IMG/VR virus record: IMGVR_UViG_3300022602_000070
Direction: 5' to 3' (one strand)
Origin: an uncultured virus (IMG/VR IMGVR_UViG_3300022602_000070)
Taxonomy: Duplodnaviria; Heunggongvirae; Uroviricota; Caudoviricetes
Length of the DNA: 64,000 nt
Shown: piece after piece, positions 29,082 to 40,168 of the stretch
Layout of the letters: the number at the start of each line of letters is the position of its first letter
Position numbering within the stretch: position 1 is the stretch's first letter
Notes under the pieces: generated by a model
What the model was told of the DNA's origin: nothing
What the model saw: the letters and a program-made list of their open reading frames with translations, nothing else
Database searches by the model: none
Position numbers and translations under genes: made by a program

Positions 29082-30179
29082 ATGAACTTCATCGACTATT
29101 TTACCCAAGGCTTACGAAATACTATAAAATTCAAAAGCCGAACTAACTTCTCTTTTAAGAATGAAGTTATACCCCTGTACCCCAACACAGTTATCGACAC
29201 TTGGTATGTAGGGGATTTTACCAGTGCCACTTATGAAATTGCGGTAGAATATGGCACAAATGACGTTGAGCGTGTCACGGTTGTCGTAGGCTCCCGTGTT
29301 GGCCAAGCTAGTTTAACTGTTTATGGCCGAACTAATACTGGACGAGATTTAGTGCAATTTAGCACTAGCACTACAACATCTTCAGTATCATTAATTGCTA
29401 GTCCGTTATATGCGGCAGATGGAATAACTCCATTAGTGGGAGTTTATGTAACTTGGTCCGCCACTTATGCAGAACGCCAAGTGCAACTAAAACCCCCTAC
29501 TGCTATAACTACTGGAAATCCAGGTGTATATACTACTGGTGAAAGTACTAATGCAGGTGGCGAACTTGGTATATTAAGTAATTGGAATGGTACTAATCCA
29601 AACGATCCGTTAGGTCAAGCGAGTGTTACTTCCGGCGCTTTTTTACAAGTAAACGACAGCGGATCAATTACATCTAGTAGTTTAAGTACAATAACTTCAA
29701 CTAATCAGCAAACGCTATCAGCTGGGTTTATGTTTGATACGCTGACATTTCAAAATACAGATGGATTTATTACTTTTAACTCCAGTGTTGCTTCTAATAC
29801 ATTAACAATTTCATGTAACGCTATTCCAAATTTAACAATTTCTGGATTGTTTACATCGAACATTACCGGTGGCCTATCTAACAACGTAACAATTGGGTCT
29901 ATTATTCCAAAAGCAATTACAGTTACAGCACTGGCAACTACTGGCAGAACGACATTTAGTCCAGCAAACAACAACGTAGTTATTCGACCAACAGGACTCG
30001 GTGGTTCTGTAATAATAAATCCTACTGCTGTTAGCAATTTAAATAATGTGACTATTGGCGCCACAACGCCTAAAACTGCAAAATTTACAACATTAAAATT
30101 AACACAAGCTCCGACTGCGAGCAATCAACTGGTTACTTTAGCCAGCATAACACCTAGACTACTATTTGGAGCAATTTAA
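29082..30179 (+). CDS. Virion fibre-like protein
   Basis: TAAATA at 29056-29061; INP....NNVTIGATTP.TAKFT.L repeat shared with the next two ORFs. Confidence 0.55.
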   Translation: MNFIDYFTQGLRNTIKFKSRTNFSFKNEVIPLYPNTVIDTWYVGDFTSATYEIAVEYGTNDVERVTVVVGSRVGQASLTVYGRTNTGRDLVQFSTSTTTSSVSLIASPLYAADGITPLVGVYVTWSATYAERQVQLKPPTAITTGNPGVYTTGESTNAGGELGILSNWNGTNPNDPLGQASVTSGAFLQVNDSGSITSSSLSTITSTNQQTLSAGFMFDTLTFQNTDGFITFNSSVASNTLTISCNAIPNLTISGLFTSNITGGLSNNVTIGSIIPKAITVTALATTGRTTFSPANNNVVIRPTGLGGSVIINPTAVSNLNNVTIGATTPKTAKFTTLKLTQAPTASNQLVTLASITPRLLFGAI

Positions 30180-30706
30180 TGAACGGATATACATACATAG
30201 CATCTTCAGGAAACGGAACTATTGCGTTAAGTCCGAATAGTAATACTTTAAATATTGTAACTAGCGGTGCGTTAAGTTTAGTTACAAACACGGCAACTAA
30301 CACAATATCTTTGAATCTTAGCACAACTAATTTTAACGTGCAAAACTTTACAGTTACATCTTCGTTAATATTAAATCCTACATCTGCTAGTACATTAGAT
30401 AATATAACTATTGGTAATCTTACACCAGCCGCAGGAACTTTTACTAATCTTTCAGCAACACAGTCGGTAACACTTAATCCAGCAAACGGCAATGTAACAA
30501 TAAGTCCTACAGGAACAGGAACTGTAACAATCAATCCTGCTGTAACAGGCAATATGGACAACATGATTATTGGCGCAACTACACCAGTTGCTGGCACATT
30601 TACATCAGTTTCCATAGCTGGAACACAACAAACTAGTTACAACAGTGTAGTTACAAAAGGCTACATAGCAGCCTTATCAGCGGCATATGGAGTGGCGTTA
30701 TCTTAA
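30179..30706 (+). CDS. Short fibre-like virion protein
   Basis: DN..IG..TP.AGTFT repeats; stop-start overlap with the upstream gene. Confidence 0.55.
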   Translation: MNGYTYIASSGNGTIALSPNSNTLNIVTSGALSLVTNTATNTISLNLSTTNFNVQNFTVTSSLILNPTSASTLDNITIGNLTPAAGTFTNLSATQSVTLNPANGNVTISPTGTGTVTINPAVTGNMDNMIIGATTPVAGTFTSVSIAGTQQTSYNSVVTKGYIAALSAAYGVALS

Positions 30707-30718
30707 TTAAGGATTTAT

Positions 30719-31468
30719 ATGAGTACAGTAGCTAAACAACTAAGATCAAGTTTCGGCTTTGAAAGTCCTTATTTCATTGTAGATTCCTCTGGCAATCTAG
30801 TCACCCAAACAATTACAGTAACTGGTAATCGTATAGAATTAACAGCAGGTTCTTATCTTAGTTACAACGGTAATCCATTATTAACACAAACGTCATTGGG
30901 ATCAAGTGTTACTAATATTCCAGGAATACTAACAGGATTAGCTGTTGGAACAGCTCTTCATCCAGCATCTATAACCCTGCATGGAAATTTAAATGTAACT
31001 GACGGTGGATCATTAGTCTCAATTATTAATCCAACTACTACAGGTAGTGTAGATAATATGATAATTGGTGCCAATGTTCCAGTAAACGGCACATTTACAA
31101 ACTTAACAGTTACAAACAGTATATCTTTAACCAGTAATAGCATTACACTGAGCCCAGCGCATACACTAACGCTTGGAACCCCGCTTGAAAATACTAATTT
31201 TTTAGGTAACATTATTGCGTTAGGTACACAGAATATTACCTTAACACCTACAAGTACTGGATTAATTACTATTTCTCCAGTGACTACTGGTACAATGGAT
31301 AACATGGCCATAGGACAAACTACTCCTGCGGCTGGAAATTTTACAACATCCTTACAAACTGTGCCCAATGAACAATGGAATACTCCGTTGATACGTAACT
31401 ATACCGCAACTAAAAGATACGCAGAAAATACCGGGGTTTTAATGGCATTTTTTGCCATGGGGCAATAA
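30719..31468 (+). CDS. Short fibre-like virion protein
   Basis: AAGGA RBS; DNMxIG..xP..GxFT repeats. Confidence 0.55.
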   Translation: MSTVAKQLRSSFGFESPYFIVDSSGNLVTQTITVTGNRIELTAGSYLSYNGNPLLTQTSLGSSVTNIPGILTGLAVGTALHPASITLHGNLNVTDGGSLVSIINPTTTGSVDNMIIGANVPVNGTFTNLTVTNSISLTSNSITLSPAHTLTLGTPLENTNFLGNIIALGTQNITLTPTSTGLITISPVTTGTMDNMAIGQTTPAAGNFTTSLQTVPNEQWNTPLIRNYTATKRYAENTGVLMAFFAMGQ

Positions 31469-31527
31469 ACCATTTCTATAAGGTTAAACCTTGCTAAATA
31501 CACATAAGAATAAATTCGGAGAATTAA

Positions 31528-34500
31528 ATGGCCAAAAGTCAAATTAGACAGTATGTTTTTAATCCTACAGGGACAACAGGTGGTACAATCGTTGTTCCTG
31601 GGAAAATTGACCTACAACAGTTGTTAATCATTACTAACACTACAACAAACACAATACTGTATAATTTTGCAGATGTAACTTATAGCGGAACTACTGTATC
31701 GTTTATTCGTGGCGCTGACTCTAATTTTCCGTTAGCGTTGGACAATGAAGACGGTGTAACTGTTATTACTATACCTAGTACTGTTAGTACTAGTGGTATG
31801 ACCAGCGCAAACGTATTGCAAATTTTCTTCGAACAAACATTTCAATATGTACGTAGTCCAGAAATTGGTACAGATGCATTTGAACGCCAGCGTACAGCTA
31901 ATCCACAATCATTACTAGATGCTGACTTTGAATATGGTATGCAACCAACCAAGTGGTTGACTATTAGTCAGCAACGTGGATATCCTGCAATTTATGAAAT
32001 ACCAGGTACAGACTTGACTGTAATTAACGCAACAACTGATGCATCAGTTGGTGACGGCGGTTTTTCAACATCAGAATCTATCATCACAATTACCACGGCA
32101 AACGCACACGGGTATAGTGTTGGCCAGCCATTTACTATTAGTGGTTTCTATTCAGCTATTACTGGATTTGAACGTGCCCAAGGAAGTTTTATTGTATTCC
32201 AAGTGCTAAACTCAACACAGTTTACATTTATTGCTAAAGGTAAAGTTGGTTTTAACAACGGCGATAACATTTACACACCGTTTATTCAATTACGCCAAGG
32301 TGGTTTTTACACTGGCGCAAACATTAATAGTGTAATTAACACAACTATTACTCAAACAGTTAACAGTACTGGATATATTTCAGTAACAAGTACAGCAAAC
32401 ATGGCTGTTGGTTCTGTGTTTAGTCCTAGTACTGTAGTTACAAACGCAATAGCCACGAACGCTTCTAACAACTATGTTACATTAGGTACTACTGTTGGAT
32501 TAGCAGTAGGTATGCCATTGGTATTTTCTGGAACAAGTTTTGGTGGTTTAACAACCGGTACAATTTATTATGTTGTAAGTATTGTTAACTCACAAAATGT
32601 AACTTTAAGTACCAGTACCAATTTAACTCCAGTGTTTACACCTACAACTAGTGCCTTTAACGGAAATATGAGCGTAGTTGGTGGTGCAAGTTTTGGTGGC
32701 ATTACTTCAGGTAGTGTATATTATATTTCTAGTATTGTTAATGGTACACAGATTACTTTAAGTAATAACATTGTCTACACAACTACAATTACCAGCACTA
32801 ACGCTATTTTAAATAGTGCTCGTTTTGGTACAACAACAAACATGACTGTTGGCGAAACAGTTGTTATTACTGGTAGTACTATTGGTAACTTAACAGCTGG
32901 TACATATTATGTGCTACAAATTTTAGATAGTGCCAACGCTATATTAAGTACCAGCGTAGGCGGCACTGCATTTGTGCAATCAACTGCTACAGGTACAATG
33001 AATGCAACTGTTGGAGTTAACATTACATTATCTAGCGGAACCACTAACGGTTACTTGTGGGCTACAACTGTAAGTCCTCCATCTATTTCTTATACTACAC
33101 CTCCTACAGTAGTATCGTTTACTGGTGCAATTTCAGGAAACGTGTTAACAGCTACAGCTAATACAGGTACGTTTGCTATAGGCCAAGGTGTTGGTGGTGC
33201 AAGCGTGCCTAGCGCAACAGTTATAACTGCTCAATTAACAGCAACAAACACCGCGGCGGCGATCACAACATTAATTGCTGGTGGTGTCGTAGGTTCGTTT
33301 ACATTTACAGTAAACTCAGGAACAAATATTGCTATTGGTCAACTTGTATCAGGATATGGTATTCCTAATAGTACATTTGTCACTGCCTTAAATGCACAAA
33401 TAGTAACAATCAGTAATGCATTTACACAAGTAGGAACTGGAACTTATAATTTTAACGTTCCGTTCCAAGCAGGTACATATTCTATTAACCAAAATGGTGG
33501 ATCGATCAGCGCAGAAGCAATGACTACTGTAAGTGCTCAGCCAACTATTACTGTTAATACTACTAGCCCGCATGGATTTATTCCCGGCGATACAATTAAT
33601 ATGTTTGTTACTAGTGAAAACGGTGCTAACAATCATACATTGTGTACAGGACCATTCTTTGTTGAATCTGTACAATCTAACGTAGTTAATGGAATTACAG
33701 TAGCTAATCAATTTACATTTACATCACGTGGCGTTGGTGTTATTACAGGAACTGTAGTAGCTCAATTATATGCTCGCCCAGATAGTTTTTATTCTCATAG
33801 ACCATTTGACGGTGGAGTACAATTAGGAACAGGTTTGCCAGCACACGGATCACAAGCGATTCGTATGAGTAAAAAGTATATTCGTTATCAGTCTGGTAAA
33901 TCGATTAACTTTAATACTGGTTTGCTAATGGCACCAAATTATTTTGTAAGAAGTGTATCGGCAAATTCTAGCGTGTATGCAACTGGTTTAAGTATTACCG
34001 CTGTAACAGCTACTAATGGATTTGTAACTATTACGTCTGGCACTTATACACAAGGTCAAGCAATTATTGTTACAGGTACAATTTCTACATCAACAGGATT
34101 GACCGCAGGAACATACTATGTGTTAACCGGCGGCACTAACGTAACTAGCATACAATTATCCGGTACGCTAGCTAATATATTAACTAACACACCAGTAACA
34201 TTTACTGCCACTGGTTTAGTTAGCGGAACATCGGTAACTCAAGCTCCAATTATTACAGTTACTACAGACGACGTGGATCACGGATGTCAGTTAGGTGCTA
34301 CTGTGGTAGTTAGTGGATCAGGTACTCCAGGTTACAACGGAACTTATACTGTTGTAGGTATTATTGACGAACGCAATTTACAAGTTATTGCACAAACTAG
34401 CCCTGGACTTGTTAACGGAAATACAAATGCACAAATAACAGACCCATCATTGCTAAGTTTACAAAACTGGTACGGGGCAGTTGTACGCTCAGGTACTTAT

Positions 34501-36741
34501 GATGAACAAAACGGTGTATTTTTCCAATATGATGGACAAGTGATATCAGTTGTGAAACGTTCAAGCACATTCCAATTAGGAGGTACTATCAGCGTAGTAG
34601 TAGGTAGTGGACAAGTTATTGGTATTAACACTCGATTTACAACTCAACTATGGGCAGGCGATCGAATTGTTATTCGGGGCATGAGTCACATAGTAACACA
34701 AGTTATAAGTGATACACTAATGTATGTTAACCCACAATACAGAGGCTATGCTAACGTATCTGGAATTAAATGTACAAAGACTATAGACAGAATTATTCCA
34801 CAAAGTCAGTGGAACATGGACCACTGCGATGGTTCTAACGGCCCGGCAAATCCTAGTGGATATCAAATTAATCCTATTAAGATGAACATGGTTGCTATGC
34901 AATGGACATGGTACGGTGCTGGATTTATTGATTGGATGATTCGTGGCCCAGAAGGCAAATACATAACTGTACACCGTCTACGTAACAATAACTTAAACAA
35001 CGAAGCGTGGATGCGAGCAGGTAACATGCCAGTGCGTTACGAAGTTACTAACGAAGGATGGCATACTTATATTGTAGGTAGTGTCAACATAGGTGTTGGT
35101 GACACAGTTATTCCAGTAGCTGACGCAACATATTTCCCGACACCTACTACTGGTAATACTTGTACTGTTTATATCGATAATGAATTTATTAATTACAGTG
35201 CAAAAATTAACACAGTTGCAACTGCTGTATCCAATGGTAATACAATTACTGTGGGATCAACGGCTAATATGGCAGTTGGCCAACCGATAGTATTTTTACA
35301 ACAATTTGGCCTAGCAATGGGCGGAGTAGTTGCAAACCAAACTTACTATATTGCTAGTATTGGTACTAACACTATAACGCTAGCTACTAACGTTGGTTTA
35401 ACTAGTTTAGTAACAAACTTAACCAACTATACATATAACCCATACGGTGCTTCAACTACTAATTTCTACATGACTGTAAATGCATTAGTATTAACTAGTA
35501 CAGCAGGCCGCGGCGCAAGTATTATTCCTTGGGCCACTGGTGGATACAGAACATTTAATGCCGGATCTGCGGCAACACATACAGTACTTACTGGTGTGAT
35601 TTCTGTGAATGGATCAGCAAGCCCAATCGTAAGTCACTGGGGCGCGGCGTTTATCGAAGACGGCGGATTTGATGCTGACCGTTCATACATTTTTAACTAC
35701 CAAGCTACTAACGTTACAATTACTACTAAAAAGACAACGGCGTTTGCTATTCGTCTAGCACCTAGTGTAAGCAATGCGTTAACAGGCGATTTAGGATCAC
35801 GTGAACTTATTAACCGTGCTAGTTTCTTGCTACAACAGTTAGAATCTTGTGCGGGGTCAAGTGCTAACGCTAACACCGCGATTGTTATTGAAGGTATTAT
35901 TAATCCAAGTAATATGCCTTCTCCAAGTAACATTGTTTTTAACAGTTTAAATTCAACGGTTAACCCAACTGGCCAACCAAGTTTTAGTCAAGTTGCTCCT
36001 GGATCAAGTATGGTGTTTACTAATAGTATCACCAACCCTACTACAATTACAAGTAGTCCAAGTGCTGGATCAACAACATTTACTGTAGCTAGTGCTAACG
36101 GTGTGCAAGTTGGTGATGACGTGTATTTCCCAGGTGTAACTAACGCGGTTTACGGTTTAACTAAAGTAAGTGCTATCAATGGTAGTAATATTACTATTTC
36201 ACAACCATTATTACAAGCCTTAACTGCTAATAGTACAATTAATAACGTTACAGTTGTTAACACTGCCTATACGTTCAATTGTACAGCAACTGCATTGGTT
36301 GTTAACCAACAAGTTGTTGTAAGTGGAACAACATCAGGTGGCGGATCAATTACTAGTTATTCAAATCCAACTACTTATTATATTGTAGCTACTAACGGTT
36401 CAACAGGATTTACACTATCAACTAGCCAAGGTGGCGCTCCGGTTGGTGCAACTACTGGAACATTAGTTGGTTTGACATTTAACTTGCCTAACTCAGGTGT
36501 GGTACAATTTAGTCGCGGTACTTATGCGTTACCTGGCGAAACTGTGTTCTCATACATTAACTCACCAGCTAACAAGGACGCATTGGATTTGAGTAACTTG
36601 AAAGAGTTGACTAACACTCCAATCGGCGGCCGTGGTACATATCCTAACGGTTGCGATGTGTTGTTCATCAATGCGTATATTACGCAGGGTTCACCACTTA
36701 ACCAAAACTTAATTTTACGTTGGGGCGAAGCTCAAGCGTAA
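31528..36741 (+). CDS. Large virion structural protein with multiple inserted Thr/Gly-rich modules
   Basis: TAAATA at 31495-31500, GGAG RBS; globular-looking segments (DADFEYGMQPTKW, RYQSGK, WYGAGFI) separated by repeat modules (xxxTYY(I/V)..I...T...LS). Confidence 0.65.
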   Translation: MAKSQIRQYVFNPTGTTGGTIVVPGKIDLQQLLIITNTTTNTILYNFADVTYSGTTVSFIRGADSNFPLALDNEDGVTVITIPSTVSTSGMTSANVLQIFFEQTFQYVRSPEIGTDAFERQRTANPQSLLDADFEYGMQPTKWLTISQQRGYPAIYEIPGTDLTVINATTDASVGDGGFSTSESIITITTANAHGYSVGQPFTISGFYSAITGFERAQGSFIVFQVLNSTQFTFIAKGKVGFNNGDNIYTPFIQLRQGGFYTGANINSVINTTITQTVNSTGYISVTSTANMAVGSVFSPSTVVTNAIATNASNNYVTLGTTVGLAVGMPLVFSGTSFGGLTTGTIYYVVSIVNSQNVTLSTSTNLTPVFTPTTSAFNGNMSVVGGASFGGITSGSVYYISSIVNGTQITLSNNIVYTTTITSTNAILNSARFGTTTNMTVGETVVITGSTIGNLTAGTYYVLQILDSANAILSTSVGGTAFVQSTATGTMNATVGVNITLSSGTTNGYLWATTVSPPSISYTTPPTVVSFTGAISGNVLTATANTGTFAIGQGVGGASVPSATVITAQLTATNTAAAITTLIAGGVVGSFTFTVNSGTNIAIGQLVSGYGIPNSTFVTALNAQIVTISNAFTQVGTGTYNFNVPFQAGTYSINQNGGSISAEAMTTVSAQPTITVNTTSPHGFIPGDTINMFVTSENGANNHTLCTGPFFVESVQSNVVNGITVANQFTFTSRGVGVITGTVVAQLYARPDSFYSHRPFDGGVQLGTGLPAHGSQAIRMSKKYIRYQSGKSINFNTGLLMAPNYFVRSVSANSSVYATGLSITAVTATNGFVTITSGTYTQGQAIIVTGTISTSTGLTAGTYYVLTGGTNVTSIQLSGTLANILTNTPVTFTATGLVSGTSVTQAPIITVTTDDVDHGCQLGATVVVSGSGTPGYNGTYTVVGIIDERNLQVIAQTSPGLVNGNTNAQITDPSLLSLQNWYGAVVRSGTYDEQNGVFFQYDGQVISVVKRSSTFQLGGTISVVVGSGQVIGINTRFTTQLWAGDRIVIRGMSHIVTQVISDTLMYVNPQYRGYANVSGIKCTKTIDRIIPQSQWNMDHCDGSNGPANPSGYQINPIKMNMVAMQWTWYGAGFIDWMIRGPEGKYITVHRLRNNNLNNEAWMRAGNMPVRYEVTNEGWHTYIVGSVNIGVGDTVIPVADATYFPTPTTGNTCTVYIDNEFINYSAKINTVATAVSNGNTITVGSTANMAVGQPIVFLQQFGLAMGGVVANQTYYIASIGTNTITLATNVGLTSLVTNLTNYTYNPYGASTTNFYMTVNALVLTSTAGRGASIIPWATGGYRTFNAGSAATHTVLTGVISVNGSASPIVSHWGAAFIEDGGFDADRSYIFNYQATNVTITTKKTTAFAIRLAPSVSNALTGDLGSRELINRASFLLQQLESCAGSSANANTAIVIEGIINPSNMPSPSNIVFNSLNSTVNPTGQPSFSQVAPGSSMVFTNSITNPTTITSSPSAGSTTFTVASANGVQVGDDVYFPGVTNAVYGLTKVSAINGSNITISQPLLQALTANSTINNVTVVNTAYTFNCTATALVVNQQVVVSGTTSGGGSITSYSNPTTYYIVATNGSTGFTLSTSQGGAPVGATTGTLVGLTFNLPNSGVVQFSRGTYALPGETVFSYINSPANKDALDLSNLKELTNTPIGGRGTYPNGCDVLFINAYITQGSPLNQNLILRWGEAQA

Positions 36742-36745
36742 AAAC

Positions 36746-36774
36746 AAAAAGCACTCTTATGAGTGCTTTTTTTT
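36746..36774. terminator. Bidirectional intrinsic terminator
   Basis: AAAAA-GCACTC-TTAT-GAGTGC-TTTTTTTT between convergent genes. Confidence 0.85.
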
Positions 36775-37222
36775 AGATTAAATCAACTAGATCAAATATT
36801 GTTTGTAATTTGGTTCTAATAGTCTTGCTTGAAAAACTATTACGTAACCCTTGATGCAATGGTTTAGGTGCGCGGTCTATAGTAGCCCACGACCAACCTT
36901 GGTGTTCGTCACTTAGGTACGGAACAAACTCATCTTTTATAACACACAAGTACGTGTGGAAATTAAACACCTTGTCATTTGAAACAAAAGTTTCAAGAGG
37001 AATAGTTTTAATTATTTTCGGACACGGTCCTATTTCTTCGTTAATTTCACGTTGCAGACCTTGCCAAGGAGTTTCACCTACTACATTAGTACCACCAACT
37101 AAACCCCATGTTCCTTCGTGTTTACCTATGGCTTTTTGTAATAATAAAAAACGTCGTGTAGATTTAGCGTAAAATAACGCACCACTACATACAATTTGAT
37201 CTTTTAAAGTATAATTTTCCAT
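36773..37222 (-). CDS. Nudix hydrolase
   Basis: Nudix box GGTNVVGETPWQGLQREINEEIG. Confidence 0.85.
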   Translation of the reverse strand: MENYTLKDQIVCSGALFYAKSTRRFLLLQKAIGKHEGTWGLVGGTNVVGETPWQGLQREINEEIGPCPKIIKTIPLETFVSNDKVFNFHTYLCVIKDEFVPYLSDEHQGWSWATIDRAPKPLHQGLRNSFSSKTIRTKLQTIFDLVDLI

Positions 37223-38715
37223 TGCTTGGCAGGATATTCACCATCATAGCTCATAACCCATGAAACTCCGTTCCACAAATACTGAACTCCAGTGTATATA
37301 TTAGTTTGCCATACCATGGTGTCGTTAAAATGACTAGCGTTAAAAATTATATTCCAGTAAGTACCGGTCCATTCAATAATGTCATTAGCTTTAGCTATAA
37401 AATCTGCACCGCTAGTAGATTTCCAAGCAGTAGCTCCGTTTGTTTCTGCTTGTGGCGGATTGACATTTGTCCACGGAGTATCTTCTGCATTTATAGCAGA
37501 ACCAATATCTTCTACTAATAAAAATCTAGTGCCTACTATCACTGTTTGATCTGTTTGTTCGTTGCCTGTTGGACGTTTTGGATTGTATGTTTGTGGATTG
37601 ATAATAGCATCAAACGTACCAGTACTATTTGGTCTGTTACTGCCTGCCGCGTTATAACCTATCTGATTATCTAATAACCCGGCACTGTCAATGCCAGTAT
37701 TTTTAACCAGTGTATCTGTATTCCAGTTTACTTGCAACATGCTTGAGTCTAACGGATTAATAGCAAATGTTCCTACTATTTGATCTCCGTTAGATTGAGT
37801 CAAATAAATGGTACTCGATCCTGCAACATACTTACCAGGATATGTACTAAACACAGATAGCCAATCAATGCTTTTGCTAGTTGCTGGACTACTACTTCCA
37901 GCAGATAATAATTTTACAGTATTAGTATAAACTTCTATGTTATAATCAGTAATAGTGTTAACAATAACATCAATAAAGTCTGTTACAGTAGTTGTGGGCG
38001 GCATTGGATCTTCGCCCAGCCCTTCTATATAAGTTCCACTAGTAACAGCACCACCGTTGATGCTAGTAATAATCTTTGTAATAACACCCAAGTGTTTTAC
38101 TTTAACTGGAGGATTAATCCATATAGGTGTTTCTAAAGTTAATGTTGCAATTTCATTCGTACTATCAGTTCCAACAGGAACTTGTCTGCTAGACCAACTA
38201 ATATCATTTAAATTTAATACAGTTAAGCTAGTCCAGTCAATATAGTTATCAGTAGTTTGTAATTCTAAACTAGGATTAAACAAAACTAAAATTTGTTCTA
38301 ATATTTGTAATTTTTGTTCAGTACTTGAACTCCAAATATCTACTTTAAAAGTCAACCCAAACGGTGTTGGCATTAAACGTTCAATGGTATAATTTTTACC
38401 TTGTGCTTGATTATAATGACCTGTATTGGTATTAATGTCGCGTTCTCGAATATTAACTTTATCTATAAATGTTTGATCTGCGAGTCTGTCTCGGTCTAAT
38501 TTTAAACTAGAAATGTATACGGCAATACGAGGCACAGAACTTACTGTGTTTTCTGAATTCTGATTAATAATGCTAGCTACTTGCCTGTCTGGATCTCCAT
38601 ACATAACAGGTATGCGATGCAAAGTACCATCACCGTATTTTACAACAAAGTTACTGAATACACGGATAACTTGTGCAATGTATCGTCTTATTTGTCCGTC
38701 ATAAAAAAATTGCAT
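37204..38715 (-). CDS. gp15: Tail completion / sheath stabiliser (T4 gp15-like) with C-terminal extension
   Basis: FYDGQIRRY...FSNF, IPVMYG, PRI, PTPF.L...VDIW, QILEQIL..FNP motifs; neck-gene context. Confidence 0.75.
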   Translation of the reverse strand: MQFFYDGQIRRYIAQVIRVFSNFVVKYGDGTLHRIPVMYGDPDRQVASIINQNSENTVSSVPRIAVYISSLKLDRDRLADQTFIDKVNIRERDINTNTGHYNQAQGKNYTIERLMPTPFGLTFKVDIWSSSTEQKLQILEQILVLFNPSLELQTTDNYIDWTSLTVLNLNDISWSSRQVPVGTDSTNEIATLTLETPIWINPPVKVKHLGVITKIITSINGGAVTSGTYIEGLGEDPMPPTTTVTDFIDVIVNTITDYNIEVYTNTVKLLSAGSSSPATSKSIDWLSVFSTYPGKYVAGSSTIYLTQSNGDQIVGTFAINPLDSSMLQVNWNTDTLVKNTGIDSAGLLDNQIGYNAAGSNRPNSTGTFDAIINPQTYNPKRPTGNEQTDQTVIVGTRFLLVEDIGSAINAEDTPWTNVNPPQAETNGATAWKSTSGADFIAKANDIIEWTGTYWNIIFNASHFNDTMVWQTNIYTGVQYLWNGVSWVMSYDGEYPAKQWKIIL

Positions 38716-40163
38716 TAGAAGTCCGCCTTAGGTCGTAACGCTTGAGAAATGCTTTGTCTTTCTGCTTCTCTGGTGTTATATAGTGTTAAAGTCCACTCGC
38801 CGGGGTATGGTAATACTTGTTGTACACCGTCTATAACTGGTAAATTTATTTGTACAGCATTGTATGTTGTATCTGTAATAAAATTAGTATAAGACCAACT
38901 TGAGAATAAACCTGGATAATCTGCAATTACATATTCTATGGTAACAATGCTTTGTTTAAATACTGCATATAAAGATTCAGGCGGAGGATAAGGCATAGTC
39001 GATTGTATAATACTAGTAGTGTTATTGTTTATTACTACAACCACACTCGCTGTTTGGTCATTGTATGTAAAGTTGCTATTATTAATAAAACTAGTTTTCA
39101 ATGTTGAACGTGTATCAGTTGGGGTCATATCCATGCGTACTGCATCATTTACTGCAATCCATCCGTTTTGACTTTGACTAAAACGAAATAATCGATTAGG
39201 TAAAAAGTCTGCTCGTAAATAAAAATCGTTGTCAGCTGGATTTTCTGGGAATTGTATTCCAAAACCAAAATCATACCCGTTTGGTGGGTAACCATCTCCT
39301 AACAAATAACCAGTGTATCCGCTACGTTGCGGTACGCCATCTACTCCGCTAGCTAAAACTGTTGAACTAGCTGTACTAGCTAATATATCTGTTTCGTCCG
39401 CAGTAGTTAGTATAGGTTTACCTGTAGTTGGATCAGCCGCTAATGTATAAAATTGTCTAGTTTCAAATCCACTCTTAGGAGCGTCGACTTCAGCCTGGGC
39501 AACTACTTGGTCATTAATAGTTAAATTAGTATTATATGTACTAAGCAAATCTCGCAATGTAGTTGTACTACCTTCGGCGGCCGGTTGATTAAAGATTTGT
39601 GAAAACTGTTGATTATCTGTAACACGTTTAATTCTTAATCGATAAAGGTGAGGAAACCAAGTTTGACTAAACCCTTCACTAGCACGACCTACATCTTCTA
39701 TAACATAATATCTAGGTAAACTAATATCGAACCCATTTAATGCAAAATCATCACGTAAGTGCGGTAACTCTAATACGTCTCCGCTAATAGGTTTACGGCC
39801 AAGTGTTTTAACAAAATCATTAATATGTACAGTCATGTACAGCGTGTCGTTGTCAATGAATAATCCAAATTGGCTCAGGTTAAAATCGATATTTTGTACG
39901 TTATAAATTCCACGGATTCTATAAATTTCGCTATCATAAGTTCTGTCGCGATTTTCTAACAACAACAAATCTTGTATATTAGTTGTTTGTGTGCTGGCAT
40001 AGCTGGGCTGATCAGCTTGGGAGTTTTCCGCAGTGGTGTTAGAGCCCAGCAACTTATGTACATAGACATCAGTGCCTCCTACGGTGAACATTTCACTGGC
40101 TTGACGATCTACAAATTTGTAATCGAGCCCTTTTTCTGGTTTATATAAAGATAAGCGTGGCAT
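38715..40163 (-). CDS. gp14: Neck / head-closure protein (T4 gp14-like)
   Basis: GGTDVYVH, DLLLLENRDRTYD, LSQFGLF, GRKPISGDVLELP; lies between the gp13-like and gp15-like genes. Confidence 0.6.
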   Translation of the reverse strand: MPRLSLYKPEKGLDYKFVDRQASEMFTVGGTDVYVHKLLGSNTTAENSQADQPSYASTQTTNIQDLLLLENRDRTYDSEIYRIRGIYNVQNIDFNLSQFGLFIDNDTLYMTVHINDFVKTLGRKPISGDVLELPHLRDDFALNGFDISLPRYYVIEDVGRASEGFSQTWFPHLYRLRIKRVTDNQQFSQIFNQPAAEGSTTTLRDLLSTYNTNLTINDQVVAQAEVDAPKSGFETRQFYTLAADPTTGKPILTTADETDILASTASSTVLASGVDGVPQRSGYTGYLLGDGYPPNGYDFGFGIQFPENPADNDFYLRADFLPNRLFRFSQSQNGWIAVNDAVRMDMTPTDTRSTLKTSFINNSNFTYNDQTASVVVVINNNTTSIIQSTMPYPPPESLYAVFKQSIVTIEYVIADYPGLFSSWSYTNFITDTTYNAVQINLPVIDGVQQVLPYPGEWTLTLYNTREAERQSISQALRPKADF

Positions 40164-40168
40164 AATGA

